The position numbers and the translations under genes were made by a program. The notes under the pieces were generated by a model. The model did not search any database and was not told the DNA's origin. It saw only the letters and a list, made by a program, of their open reading frames with translations. From an uncultured Flavobacteriales bacterium (GTDB lineage: Bacteria > Bacteroidota > Bacteroidia > Flavobacteriales_D > Sanyastnellaceae): a stretch of DNA of 64,000 bases. Position 1 is the first letter of the stretch, and each line of letters opens with the position of its first letter. This document shows, piece after piece, positions 53,275-61,583 of this stretch. The stretch covers positions 1,254 through 65,253 of the forward strand of contig CAJQJX010000006.1 of assembly GCA_905478795.1 (NCBI GenBank), in the 5' to 3' direction.

Positions 53275-55097
53275 CCGAGTCGAATGCGGACCCCGCACAC
53301 CAGAATGTCATCGACCTGGTCTTCCTCTGCCTCTTGGCGCCAGTTTTCGATGCGACTGTGCAGCTGTCGTTCTTGTTCGTCTACGGACATCACCGCCATT
53401 TCCGACAGTAAACCCCTAAACCGCTTCCGCATGAATTTGCGGCCTTTTGGACCACCAAATTGATCCGCGTATCCATCAGAGGCACAGTACACCATATCCT
53501 CATCTTGAAGGGCCACTGTTTGGGTGGTGTAGGTATGCAATCCTGGTTCGAAGCTGGCGATGGCACGCTTGTCGGGCTTTAGTTCTATGACCTCCCCTTT
53601 CCGGACGATGTAGGCAGGCGAGTTGGCGCCAGCGTATTCCAAGGTACCCTCCTCCAAGTTGATGGAGATCAATCCGATGTCCATACCATCGGGGACTTGG
53701 TCTTCGGCATTCAAACCACTGTCTTCGCCGCGGTGCAGTACGTTTCGCGCGAGTTCGTTGAGCCTATCCAGAATTTTGCCTGGCTTGGTGTACACTTTGC
53801 CAATGTGCTGGAGTGCATTGTGTCCGAGCAAACTCATAAAGGCTCCTGGGACGCCGTGGCCAGTGCAGTCAACCGCCGCGAACATGCGCCATGCGTCGAG
53901 CTTATGGAACCATGGAAAGTCACCACTGACACCATCTCGGGGCATGTACAAAACGAAGTTGCGGTCGAAAATGAGCTTGCGGTTGGGCTCGCTGGGAAGA
54001 ATGGCGCCCTGAATCCTGCGGGCATAGTCAATGCTGGAAGTCAGGTCGTTGTAGAGCCGCCCAATTTCATCGCCTTGGGCTTCGAGTTGGGCAGTCTGTT
54101 TGGACAGGATTTCGGTGCGCTCCTCCACCTTGGCTTCCATCTCCTTTTCATAGCTGGCAAGGTCATCGCGCATGGCGAGCAAGGTTTTGCCCAAGACATC
54201 TTCTTCTGAAAGGGGGGTGTAAGTGGCGTCGAATTGACCTTGACCCACAGCTGCACTGAACTCCCGCGTTCGGCGAAGGCCTTCTGCCAATCGGTCCAAT
54301 GCACGGGCCATTTCTCCAATCTCGTCCTTCCTGTCGGGCATGGAAAATGGGTGGTCAATGCCCCGAGACAGGTAAAGCAATCGTGCCCGAACCTTAAGCA
54401 AAGGCTGACGGATGGCCCGGGTAACACCTCCTGCAATGCCCAAGCCTGCGAGCAGTACAAAGAGCGAAATCCACCGAACAAGGGTGTCCAACCGCTGGCC
54501 ACTCGCTTGGACGGCATCATCGGTGATGGCTGCGGATTGCGAAAAATGAGCTTCTAAGGTGACCAGGTCTGTTTCCAAAGAGTCGAGCCTAGATGTCAAG
54601 TCTGAACCGGGGCTAAAAGGGTTGTCCAGCAGCTCATCCACTTTCCATAGCCGGTCAAAATCCACTTCCAGTTCCGCTTTTCGGGTTCCCGGCGGCACGA
54701 GGCCTTGCAAGGCATCCAGAAGGGCGTCTGCAGCAATGTGGTGCTTGAACAGCCGTTCATGGGTTTCCGACTGATCAGGCGCTGCCTTTCTCAGGACTTC
54801 CAACTTGGAAGCAAAGCCCATTTGCAAGCGGTCCAATGACTGGTGGGCGTCGACGTGCAAGTGGCTGGGTTCAGGGAGTCTCGCTGCGAGCAGGGCATAA
54901 GCGCGCATGGCTTCAACCCTTTGGAGTAGCTTGGAGACTTCACCCTTGGCTTGGTCCCAAATCATGCTCTGTTCGAGCAGACTGGCTTGGTCGCGGGTGG
55001 TGCGTGCAGTGAGGATAAAAAACACAGCCAGCGCCATAATGAAGAGCCCAAAACCCGCGAATATCCGCGCACCGATGGAGTGGAACCACTGCCTCAT
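53271..55097 (-). CDS. membrane-bound HAMP-domain PP2C (SpoIIE/RsbU-type) serine phosphatase
   Basis: Order of elements: TM1, an approximately 180-aa helical extracytoplasmic region, TM2, HAMP (RAIRQPLLKV..DEIGEMARALDRL), a coiled coil, then the PP2C motifs (VSGDF, FAAVDCTGHGVPGA, ASDGYADQ). Confidence 0.85.
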   Translation of the reverse strand: MRQWFHSIGARIFAGFGLFIMALAVFFILTARTTRDQASLLEQSMIWDQAKGEVSKLLQRVEAMRAYALLAARLPEPSHLHVDAHQSLDRLQMGFASKLEVLRKAAPDQSETHERLFKHHIAADALLDALQGLVPPGTRKAELEVDFDRLWKVDELLDNPFSPGSDLTSRLDSLETDLVTLEAHFSQSAAITDDAVQASGQRLDTLVRWISLFVLLAGLGIAGGVTRAIRQPLLKVRARLLYLSRGIDHPFSMPDRKDEIGEMARALDRLAEGLRRTREFSAAVGQGQFDATYTPLSEEDVLGKTLLAMRDDLASYEKEMEAKVEERTEILSKQTAQLEAQGDEIGRLYNDLTSSIDYARRIQGAILPSEPNRKLIFDRNFVLYMPRDGVSGDFPWFHKLDAWRMFAAVDCTGHGVPGAFMSLLGHNALQHIGKVYTKPGKILDRLNELARNVLHRGEDSGLNAEDQVPDGMDIGLISINLEEGTLEYAGANSPAYIVRKGEVIELKPDKRAIASFEPGLHTYTTQTVALQDEDMVYCASDGYADQFGGPKGRKFMRKRFRGLLSEMAVMSVDEQERQLHSRIENWRQEAEEDQVDDILVCGVRIRLG

Positions 55098-55098
55098 T

Positions 55099-56028
55099 TC
55101 ATTCCCCTTCCAGCTCCTTGATGTGCGCTTTGCACCACTCAATTCGATCTTGGTTGAGCAATGCGTTCGATACGATGGCCAGCGCTTCGAAGCCTTCAGT
55201 TTGGGTGCCGTCTTGGGCGATGGCAGATTCCAGAAGGCGCGAGGCATTCAACCAATGTTGGGAGGCGTCAGCAAGTGCTGAATCGATGGCGTCGAGGTTG
55301 TCTTCTGCCGCCTTGAACTCGCGCACTCCTTGGTTGTAGGTGTGGACGGCAAGGTTGAAATAGGAACGGTATTGGTCGTGGTTTTGTGTGGTGGCCAGCG
55401 TGTAGTGGTGGGTTCCCAATGCAAACCAAGGGCCAGCTCCGTTTCGCTCCAATTCGCGGGCTTCAGTCATGGCCGTCTCTCCCAGTTGCTGTTGCATGAG
55501 CACCCATTCTGCAGCCGTGTCGACGTCGGGGTCCAGGTCCTGTTGAATGTCTGCATAGGCGCTGAAATACTGTTCGGCTAGAACAGGCTGATCTGGGGCG
55601 AGGTTGCGTATTTCCAACTGTACGTCCGCCAAGTAGCTTTCACCTAGAAAAACCAAGAGAGGCCGCCACCATTTTTCAAGGCGGTTGTTTGCGTCTCGTT
55701 GAATGCACTCGCGCACGCTTTGGAGGGCCATGGAGCGCCGCGGATCGGTCGGCAGGCGTCCGTCTTGGATAAAGTGTTCCTTCAGCACAAAGGCTTGGAC
55801 GTACCACGTCATGGGGTCGTTGCCTTCCGTTCCAGACACGGCTTCTTTTAGAACGGCTTCAGCTTCCGTGAGGTTGCCAGCTTCCGAAAGTTCGATGGCC
55901 TTGAGCGTGAGCGGCCCCTGAGCCCAAATGGGAGGGCACTCTAAAATGCCGACCAACATGATGGCCAGGACGGCACAAAGGAAGACGCCATTTGGCGGGG
56001 TCACTGGAGTATGGCGCAAAGTCTTCAT
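55099..56028 (-). CDS. hypothetical signal-anchored all-helical (TPR-like) protein
   Basis: The N-terminal hydrophobic segment is VFLCAVLAIMLVGIL. The rest looks helical by composition. It is tightly packed between its neighbours (ATGA overlap upstream, 1-nt gap downstream). Confidence 0.6.
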   Translation of the reverse strand: MKTLRHTPVTPPNGVFLCAVLAIMLVGILECPPIWAQGPLTLKAIELSEAGNLTEAEAVLKEAVSGTEGNDPMTWYVQAFVLKEHFIQDGRLPTDPRRSMALQSVRECIQRDANNRLEKWWRPLLVFLGESYLADVQLEIRNLAPDQPVLAEQYFSAYADIQQDLDPDVDTAAEWVLMQQQLGETAMTEARELERNGAGPWFALGTHHYTLATTQNHDQYRSYFNLAVHTYNQGVREFKAAEDNLDAIDSALADASQHWLNASRLLESAIAQDGTQTEGFEALAIVSNALLNQDRIEWCKAHIKELEGE

Positions 56029-56696
56029 GGGCACCGACGTTGCATGAAGTGAAGGGGAAGGTCGAGTGGCTTGGCTGCCAGCGCAGTTTCATCAGGGGCC
56101 ACACACAATGACAGGGTTTCCCCTTGTTTGGTGCGCCTGAATGCGACGTCATGGCCCGGAATCGCTCCGCCATCCGTGACGATGAGGGCCTTTTTATCTC
56201 CCCTCTTCATCCATTTGGCCAAGCTGCTATTCAAGGAAGGCAGTGCATCAGAACGGTTTGACCCTCCCACAAAGAGCATGGTGAAGTCACGTTTTTCGCT
56301 GGCCAGTGCTTTGGTGTCAAGGGCGATGATGTCGACCTGCAGTCCAGCAATAGAACGCCCTTCGAGTTGATCAGCAAGGTCTTGAGCGAGGTCGGGCCAA
56401 TTCACAATGGCGATTCTAAAACGGTCTTGTGCGGCAATATCAGGCCAGAACATTTCCCTGCCGAGCAAGTAGATATACCGTCCATAAATCACGGCCCAAA
56501 TGGGTGAGCGATCAATTTCAGGGTCAGGGCTTAAAGCCAGAGAAACGGACCGTGTCACTGCGGATGAGGGCTCAAACCAAACAAAGTCAACTTGGCGGGC
56601 TTGCTGTGACGGCTCATTTTCAGCCCTGGCAAGCTGGGCTGCAATCAGCACGATAGCCAAGATGGCCGCAGAGGGGATATGGATGGACCGTAACAT
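56025..56696 (-). CDS. YfiR-like (DUF4154) periplasmic protein
   Basis: Signal peptide MLRSIHIPSAAILAIVLIAAQLARA. The pattern matches YfiR as I recall it: Y..L....WP, FRIAIV, IAGLQVDII, MLFVG, LIVTD, DVAF, then a final amphipathic segment. Confidence 0.6.
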   Translation of the reverse strand: MLRSIHIPSAAILAIVLIAAQLARAENEPSQQARQVDFVWFEPSSAVTRSVSLALSPDPEIDRSPIWAVIYGRYIYLLGREMFWPDIAAQDRFRIAIVNWPDLAQDLADQLEGRSIAGLQVDIIALDTKALASEKRDFTMLFVGGSNRSDALPSLNSSLAKWMKRGDKKALIVTDGGAIPGHDVAFRRTKQGETLSLCVAPDETALAAKPLDLPLHFMQRRCP

Positions 56697-56736
56697 ATTG
56701 AACCGCGCACTTGCAAAGTACACTGCAGGCCCTGAC

Positions 56737-57234
56737 TTATGCTTCAGGTTGCAGTTGTTCCAGATCTCGATCAAACAAATACAGCCCTCCCTTGTCCTGT
56801 CCAATCAAGGCGAGCTTGTCCAAAATGTTGCGGGCCAAGGCCTCCTCTTCAATTTGTTCAGCGACATACCACTGCATAAAGTTGTGCGTAGTGTAGTCTT
56901 TTCTCTTCAAGCAGAGGTCGACGACATCGTTGATGCTCGCCGTGACTTTGGTTTCGTGGTCCAGAAGTGTGGAGAAGATGGCGGGTAAATCCGAGAATTC
57001 AGATTGCGGTGCGTCCAAAGCAGGAATCACAGCGCGCCCACCTCTTTCGTTTACAAACCGGACCAACTTGAGCATGTGCAAGCGCTCTTCGTCGCTGTGA
57101 CGGTATAGAAAAGCTGCAGTGCCATTGAGACCTTGGTTTTCCGACCAGCTGGCCATGGCGAGATAGAAGTGTGAACTGAGCGCTTCCATTTCAATTTGGT
57201 CGTTCAGTGCTTTTTCGATGGTGGAGTCAATCAT
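56737..57234 (-). CDS. ftnA: non-haem bacterial ferritin
   Basis: LNDQIEMEALSSHFYLAMASW..EERLHMLKL..LDHE carries the ferroxidase-centre residues. Confidence 0.9.
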   Translation of the reverse strand: MIDSTIEKALNDQIEMEALSSHFYLAMASWSENQGLNGTAAFLYRHSDEERLHMLKLVRFVNERGGRAVIPALDAPQSEFSDLPAIFSTLLDHETKVTASINDVVDLCLKRKDYTTHNFMQWYVAEQIEEEALARNILDKLALIGQDKGGLYLFDRDLEQLQPEA

Positions 57235-57327
57235 AATTTCATTTTTATTTGAAAAAAACAACTAGAGTAGAGGGAATTTAAAATATTGATAATGAACAAA
57301 GTAATGGAAGTTCAAAAATTTAAACGG

Positions 57328-57849
57328 CTATTGATCTGGTGAAATGGCAGACTGCATAAAGCGGACCGTCCATTCGGGATCTTTTGTGGTGCACACCTGA
57401 AACCATTGGTTCATCAAGTTGGACAAAGCTTGCAGTTGCCAGACAGTATTGAGCCAGTCAACATCTTCTTTTTGTGCAATAGAAGTGATGACAGGAGCCA
57501 TGGTGTCCATGGCCTTGAAAGCATGTCGTTTCCGCACTTCGGCCAGGGCTACAAAAATGTGTGCTGGATCAGATATGGCCGAATAATGCGACTTCCGGAG
57601 TCCCATGATGCGCAGCCTTTCGACCATTCCCAATTCGGTCAGGAGCCTCAATTGCGTGCTCGCAGAACCACTGCTCAATTCCAGTGCGCTGATGATGTCG
57701 TCTGCCGACAGTGGCGCTGGAGCGGAGAGGAGAAGGGCGTGAATTTTGGCGGCAGCTTTCGGAAGGGACCACGGCTTCATCACGTCCGGCCATGCGGAGA
57801 TGAAATGTTGTCGGGCTGGACTGAGTGCAGAAAGGGCCGTTGAGGACAC
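57328..57849 (-). CDS. GbsR/MarR-family winged-helix transcriptional regulator
   Basis: KIHALLLSAPAPLSADDIISALELSSGSASTQLRLLTELGMVERL matches the GbsR-type HTH. GTG start. Confidence 0.72.
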   Translation of the reverse strand: MSSTALSALSPARQHFISAWPDVMKPWSLPKAAAKIHALLLSAPAPLSADDIISALELSSGSASTQLRLLTELGMVERLRIMGLRKSHYSAISDPAHIFVALAEVRKRHAFKAMDTMAPVITSIAQKEDVDWLNTVWQLQALSNLMNQWFQVCTTKDPEWTVRFMQSAISPDQ

Positions 57850-57853
57850 GGTC

Positions 57854-57861
57854 CGAAGTTA
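57854..57861 (-). promoter_or_regulatory. -7-like box TAACTTCG, 4 nt upstream of the regulator GTG
   Basis: The minus strand reads TAACTTCG-GACC-GTG(57849). Confidence 0.3.
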
Positions 57862-57886
57862 ATTTCAAATTGAATTGAAATTAGAA

Positions 57887-58894
57887 TCATCCAAAAATGA
57901 GTCTATTTGGCTGTGTTTCAGTAGTTGCTGTTGAATCACCAGCAATGATATTCATCAAATGAAGGGCCCATCGGGGCCCAATCAATACGCCTCGTGTGCC
58001 CAATCCGTTCAAGACAAACCAACCAGGAAGACCCGGATATGGGCCAACGGCAGGCCGTCGATCGCGTGAAACGGGCCTCAGACCGACAAGGTGCTGTGTC
58101 ACCTTGAGCTGACCTATGCCTGGTACAGCGGAGTCAAGAGCGTTGAGCAGAAATTGCTGGGTTCCGGCTGTTGGATCTAAGTCCGTTCGGTTCCACTCGT
58201 AACTGGCGCCAAGGCGCCATTGACCAGGGCTGGTCGGAATGGTCCACTTTCCGAAATTCAATATGTGCGCATCGGGAGGATTGATGGAATGGGCCTGCTG
58301 CTCAACGGTTAGAAGTTCGCCGCGGTTGGCCCTGATGTCGAGTTGTGGCATCTGCGTGTCCAATCCCGTTGCTGTGCCGCGACAATCCACCACAGCGTCC
58401 CAAGTCCCATGGCTCAGCCCTCGTCCATCGTCGTCTTGATAGGGCCGCTGTTCAAAGCGTCCTTCGTCAATGAGCCGTGTCCTCCAGGTCGACAGTAAAA
58501 GGGGCAGGTTGACCCATCCGCCGCCCTCAACAACGCCTTCTTCAGGCCAACACTTCGTGGGTGGTAAAAGCCACTTGAGGTGCTCGGTTTGATCCTGCCA
58601 GAGCCCGGCGTATTCTGCGTTGGCCAGTCTTTTGTGAATGGGAAGGTCATGCAGCAGTTTGGTAGACGTGATGGACTCTAGTTCCTCAAACGTTTTCCGC
58701 ATGATGTTGAGATGTTCTTCTGCCTCCCATACCTCTACGATGCGTCTAAATGACATGGGGTTGAACATCCCGGCAGCAACAGAAGATGCCGAGGGGTAGC
58801 CAGCATCGATGACATGGACGTCCCACCCCCGTTGCAGGCCAAAGTGACTGACGAGCGTGCCAGCAAGCCCTTGTCCAATGACCAGAATGCGCAT
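57887..58894 (-). CDS. FAD-dependent oxidoreductase (DAO/glycine-oxidase-like family)
   Basis: The N-terminal Rossmann motif is RILVIGQGLAGT. 335 aa. It begins 5 nt after the kbl stop. Confidence 0.8.
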   Translation of the reverse strand: MRILVIGQGLAGTLVSHFGLQRGWDVHVIDAGYPSASSVAAGMFNPMSFRRIVEVWEAEEHLNIMRKTFEELESITSTKLLHDLPIHKRLANAEYAGLWQDQTEHLKWLLPPTKCWPEEGVVEGGGWVNLPLLLSTWRTRLIDEGRFEQRPYQDDDGRGLSHGTWDAVVDCRGTATGLDTQMPQLDIRANRGELLTVEQQAHSINPPDAHILNFGKWTIPTSPGQWRLGASYEWNRTDLDPTAGTQQFLLNALDSAVPGIGQLKVTQHLVGLRPVSRDRRPAVGPYPGLPGWFVLNGLGTRGVLIGPRWALHLMNIIAGDSTATTETQPNRLIFG

Positions 58895-58899
58895 GGGGA

Positions 58900-60105
58900 T
58901 TAGGCCATGGCGTTCAGCACGCCCAGCTCCCGGCCCACCTTTTCAAAAGCTGCCAAAGCGCGGTCTAAGTGCTCCTGTGTGTGGGCGGCACTCAATTGGA
59001 CCCTGATGCGCGCTTGGCCTTTAGGCACAACAGGGTAAAAGAAGCCAATGACGTAAATGCCCTCTTTGAGCAAGGCATCGGCCATGACCTGGCTGAGCTG
59101 AGCATCGCCCAACATCACAGGGACAATGGCACTCTCGCCATCTTTAAAATCGAGCCCGATTCGGCGCAAGCCGTCTTTGAAATACGCCGTGTTTTCTTCG
59201 AGGCGGTCGCGCAATGCTGTGGTCTCATCGAGCATGCGGAACACCTCTATGCTGGCGCCAACAATACTTGGAGCCAGCGAGTTGGAGAACAAGTAAGGAC
59301 GGCTGCGTTGACGCAGCATCTCGATGATTTCAGCACGCCCGGTGGTAAATCCACCCATTGCACCTCCCAGCGCTTTTCCAAGCGTGCCTGTGATGATGTC
59401 CACCCTGCCCAAGGCATCGCGCAGTTCAATCGAACCACGGCCTGTTTTTCCGATGAAGCCGGTAGCGTGGCATTCATCGACCATCACAAGGGCGTCGTAC
59501 TTGTCTGCAAGGTCGCAGATGTGTCCAATCTGCGCCACATAGCCGTCCATGGAAAACACCCCGTCGGTTACGATGATTTTGAACCTGTGCCCGGCTTCTG
59601 TGGCCGCTTGAAGCTGGGCCTCGAGGTCGGCCATATCGTTGTTCGCGTAGCGGTAGCGAGCGGCCTTGCAGAGGCGCACCCCATCAATGATCGAGGCGTG
59701 GTTGAGCGCATCAGAAATAATGGCGTCCTCGGCAGTGAGCAGCGGCTCAAAAACACCCCCATTGGCATCAAATGCGGCGGCGTAGAGAATGGTGTCTTCA
59801 GTGTGGTGAAAGTCCGCAATCGTACGCTCTAAATCCTTGTGAATGTCTTGTGTACCACAAATGAACCGAACGGATGACATGCCGAATCCACGCTCGTCGA
59901 TGGCACGTTTGGCGGCCTCTACGACACGGGGGTGAGACGAAAGACCCAGGTAGTTGTTTGCACAGAAGTTCAACACCTCACTTCCGTCGTCCAGCCGAAT
60001 GGAAGCGTCTTGAACCGAAACGATGACGCGCTCATTTTTGAATAAGCCTTCCTGCTTCAATGAAGCGAGACTGTCTTCGAGGTGGGATTTCATGGAACCA
60101 TACAT
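58900..60105 (-). CDS. kbl: glycine C-acetyltransferase (2-amino-3-ketobutyrate CoA ligase)
   Basis: Collinear with E. coli Kbl: [36 protein letters not shown] and FDANGG, with the PLP Lys region FSMDG. Confidence 0.9.
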   Translation of the reverse strand: MYGSMKSHLEDSLASLKQEGLFKNERVIVSVQDASIRLDDGSEVLNFCANNYLGLSSHPRVVEAAKRAIDERGFGMSSVRFICGTQDIHKDLERTIADFHHTEDTILYAAAFDANGGVFEPLLTAEDAIISDALNHASIIDGVRLCKAARYRYANNDMADLEAQLQAATEAGHRFKIIVTDGVFSMDGYVAQIGHICDLADKYDALVMVDECHATGFIGKTGRGSIELRDALGRVDIITGTLGKALGGAMGGFTTGRAEIIEMLRQRSRPYLFSNSLAPSIVGASIEVFRMLDETTALRDRLEENTAYFKDGLRRIGLDFKDGESAIVPVMLGDAQLSQVMADALLKEGIYVIGFFYPVVPKGQARIRVQLSAAHTQEHLDRALAAFEKVGRELGVLNAMA

Positions 60106-60110
60106 GCCCA

Positions 60111-60118
60111 CGAAGATA
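60111..60118 (-). promoter_or_regulatory. -7-like box TATCTTCG, 5 nt upstream of the kbl ATG
   Basis: The minus strand reads TATCTTCG-TGGGC-ATG(60105). Confidence 0.35.
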
Positions 60119-60132
60119 GCTGAGCTCTGACC

Positions 60133-61506
60133 TTACGCTTCGTTGGAGAGGTCTTGAACCCGATAGATCACCACCCGCTTATCAGATTCCGATTTCTTGC
60201 GCATCAACAGCACCTTTCCAAACCGCGCTTCACTTTCTGTATTGATGAGCTGTATGATTCTCGCTCGGCGCGAACGTCGGGTTTCCGGGGATTGGACATT
60301 GGAAAGCCCAATCATAACATCAAGCTCTTCCGAGGAAAAGTCCTTTTTGGAATGCTTCATAAGTGACAGGAACAAAGGCGAAGGTTCGCCAAGGCTTTGT
60401 GAGAAATCACCCCGGATTTCAAGGGCCTGGCTTTTGCCTTTCCGTTGAACTTGAACAATCAATGCTGCGCAGACAGCAAGAACCACGAGGACAATCCAAG
60501 CTTCTCTTTTATTCAAGACCCTCACAATAAAGGGGGTGGGCGTTGGGGGAATGACCAGAGGAGACCATACCGCCCCTTTCACAAGCTCGGAAAAATCTTC
60601 CGTGCATCTTCCTTCTGTCCCGCTGTATTCGGCGGTATTTCCCCTGTAAACAAACCAGCTATTGGGTGATTTCCCTGTTTGAATACGATGGTGTTTTGCC
60701 CTGAACTGCGCCAAAGGGGAGGGCAATTCTGTCCACTGTAAATCGGATTTACGCAAGACGATGTATGTCCCTTCTCCAGAAATCAGGATGTAGTCCTTCA
60801 GCGACTTGCCATGGGAGCGCCCTTTGATCCGTGACATGCCATTGTGGAGTTGGCCCAAGTGGAGCCAATGGGACGATCTGTGCGGAAGACAATACACTTC
60901 TGGATGTTCATTGGCATCTTCCAGATGGCCTGTCATCATGATGAAGAATGAGGCGGTGTCGTTGTTGAATACAACCGCATTTTCAGCACCTTCAGGTGCC
61001 TCAGCACACACTCGGAATTCGATTTCTCCGGTTTCCTGCGAATGGTATAACCGTTGGGCATGCTTGAACCAGTTCGCCTGACCATTCTGAAAATGCAATT
61101 GTCCCTGATACCAAAAAGAGTGAGACCAGTAATTGTGGCCAACGACGATGCTGGAGCTGGCGTTGGCGCCATTTTCATCCCTGATATAGCGCAAGTCTCC
61201 TTGGACAAAGAGGGCGCTCTTTCCTTCGGGTGACCTAAAGTATTGAAGGGATTTGGTGTAGCCTTTCGACCTGGGAGACTCGACCTGATAGTCCAACCTG
61301 TCTGGCTTCGTGGCGATGAGACTGTCCAGCAGGCGTTGGTCAGCCCATTGAATGGGTTCGCCTGGGTACCAGGGGCGTGGGTTGGTTCCGAATAGGACAG
61401 AGTCAGGTGTGCATCCCAAATCCTGTTCGCCTGCCCATGCACCGAAAGGGTTCGCCGTCCATTGCAATACCAAGCCCACTAAGGCAATAAATATGCGTTT
61501 CCACAT
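60133..61506 (-). CDS. hypothetical single-pass membrane protein: signal peptide, His/Trp-rich ectodomain, TM helix, basic cytoplasmic tail
   Basis: MWKRIFIALVGLVLQWTANPFGAWA is the signal. The ectodomain is about 310 aa. AWIVLVVLAVCAALIVQV is the TM helix. The tail is about 100 aa and ends RRSRRARIIQLINTE..LLMRKKSESDKRVVIYRV. I recognise no family. Confidence 0.65.
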   Translation of the reverse strand: MWKRIFIALVGLVLQWTANPFGAWAGEQDLGCTPDSVLFGTNPRPWYPGEPIQWADQRLLDSLIATKPDRLDYQVESPRSKGYTKSLQYFRSPEGKSALFVQGDLRYIRDENGANASSSIVVGHNYWSHSFWYQGQLHFQNGQANWFKHAQRLYHSQETGEIEFRVCAEAPEGAENAVVFNNDTASFFIMMTGHLEDANEHPEVYCLPHRSSHWLHLGQLHNGMSRIKGRSHGKSLKDYILISGEGTYIVLRKSDLQWTELPSPLAQFRAKHHRIQTGKSPNSWFVYRGNTAEYSGTEGRCTEDFSELVKGAVWSPLVIPPTPTPFIVRVLNKREAWIVLVVLAVCAALIVQVQRKGKSQALEIRGDFSQSLGEPSPLFLSLMKHSKKDFSSEELDVMIGLSNVQSPETRRSRRARIIQLINTESEARFGKVLLMRKKSESDKRVVIYRVQDLSNEA

Positions 61507-61569
61507 TCTTTGAGTGTTGTGCGGGTCAATATCGGTTGGTTCTAGCGCAGGACACGACTTTACTCGAAT

Positions 61570-61577
61570 TACCTTCG
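61570..61577 (+). promoter_or_regulatory. -7-like box TACCTTCG, 6 nt upstream of the metG ATG
   Basis: TACCTTCG-CTCTCC-ATG(61584). Confidence 0.35.
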
Positions 61578-61583
61578 CTCTCC

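Noticed and set aside
57288-57306. Fur-box-like sequence GATAATGAACAAAGTAATG upstream of ferritin
   Set aside because: Only about 12 of 19 positions match the classical GATAATGATAATCATTATC box, and the second half-site is poor. In an AT-rich spacer this could easily be chance.
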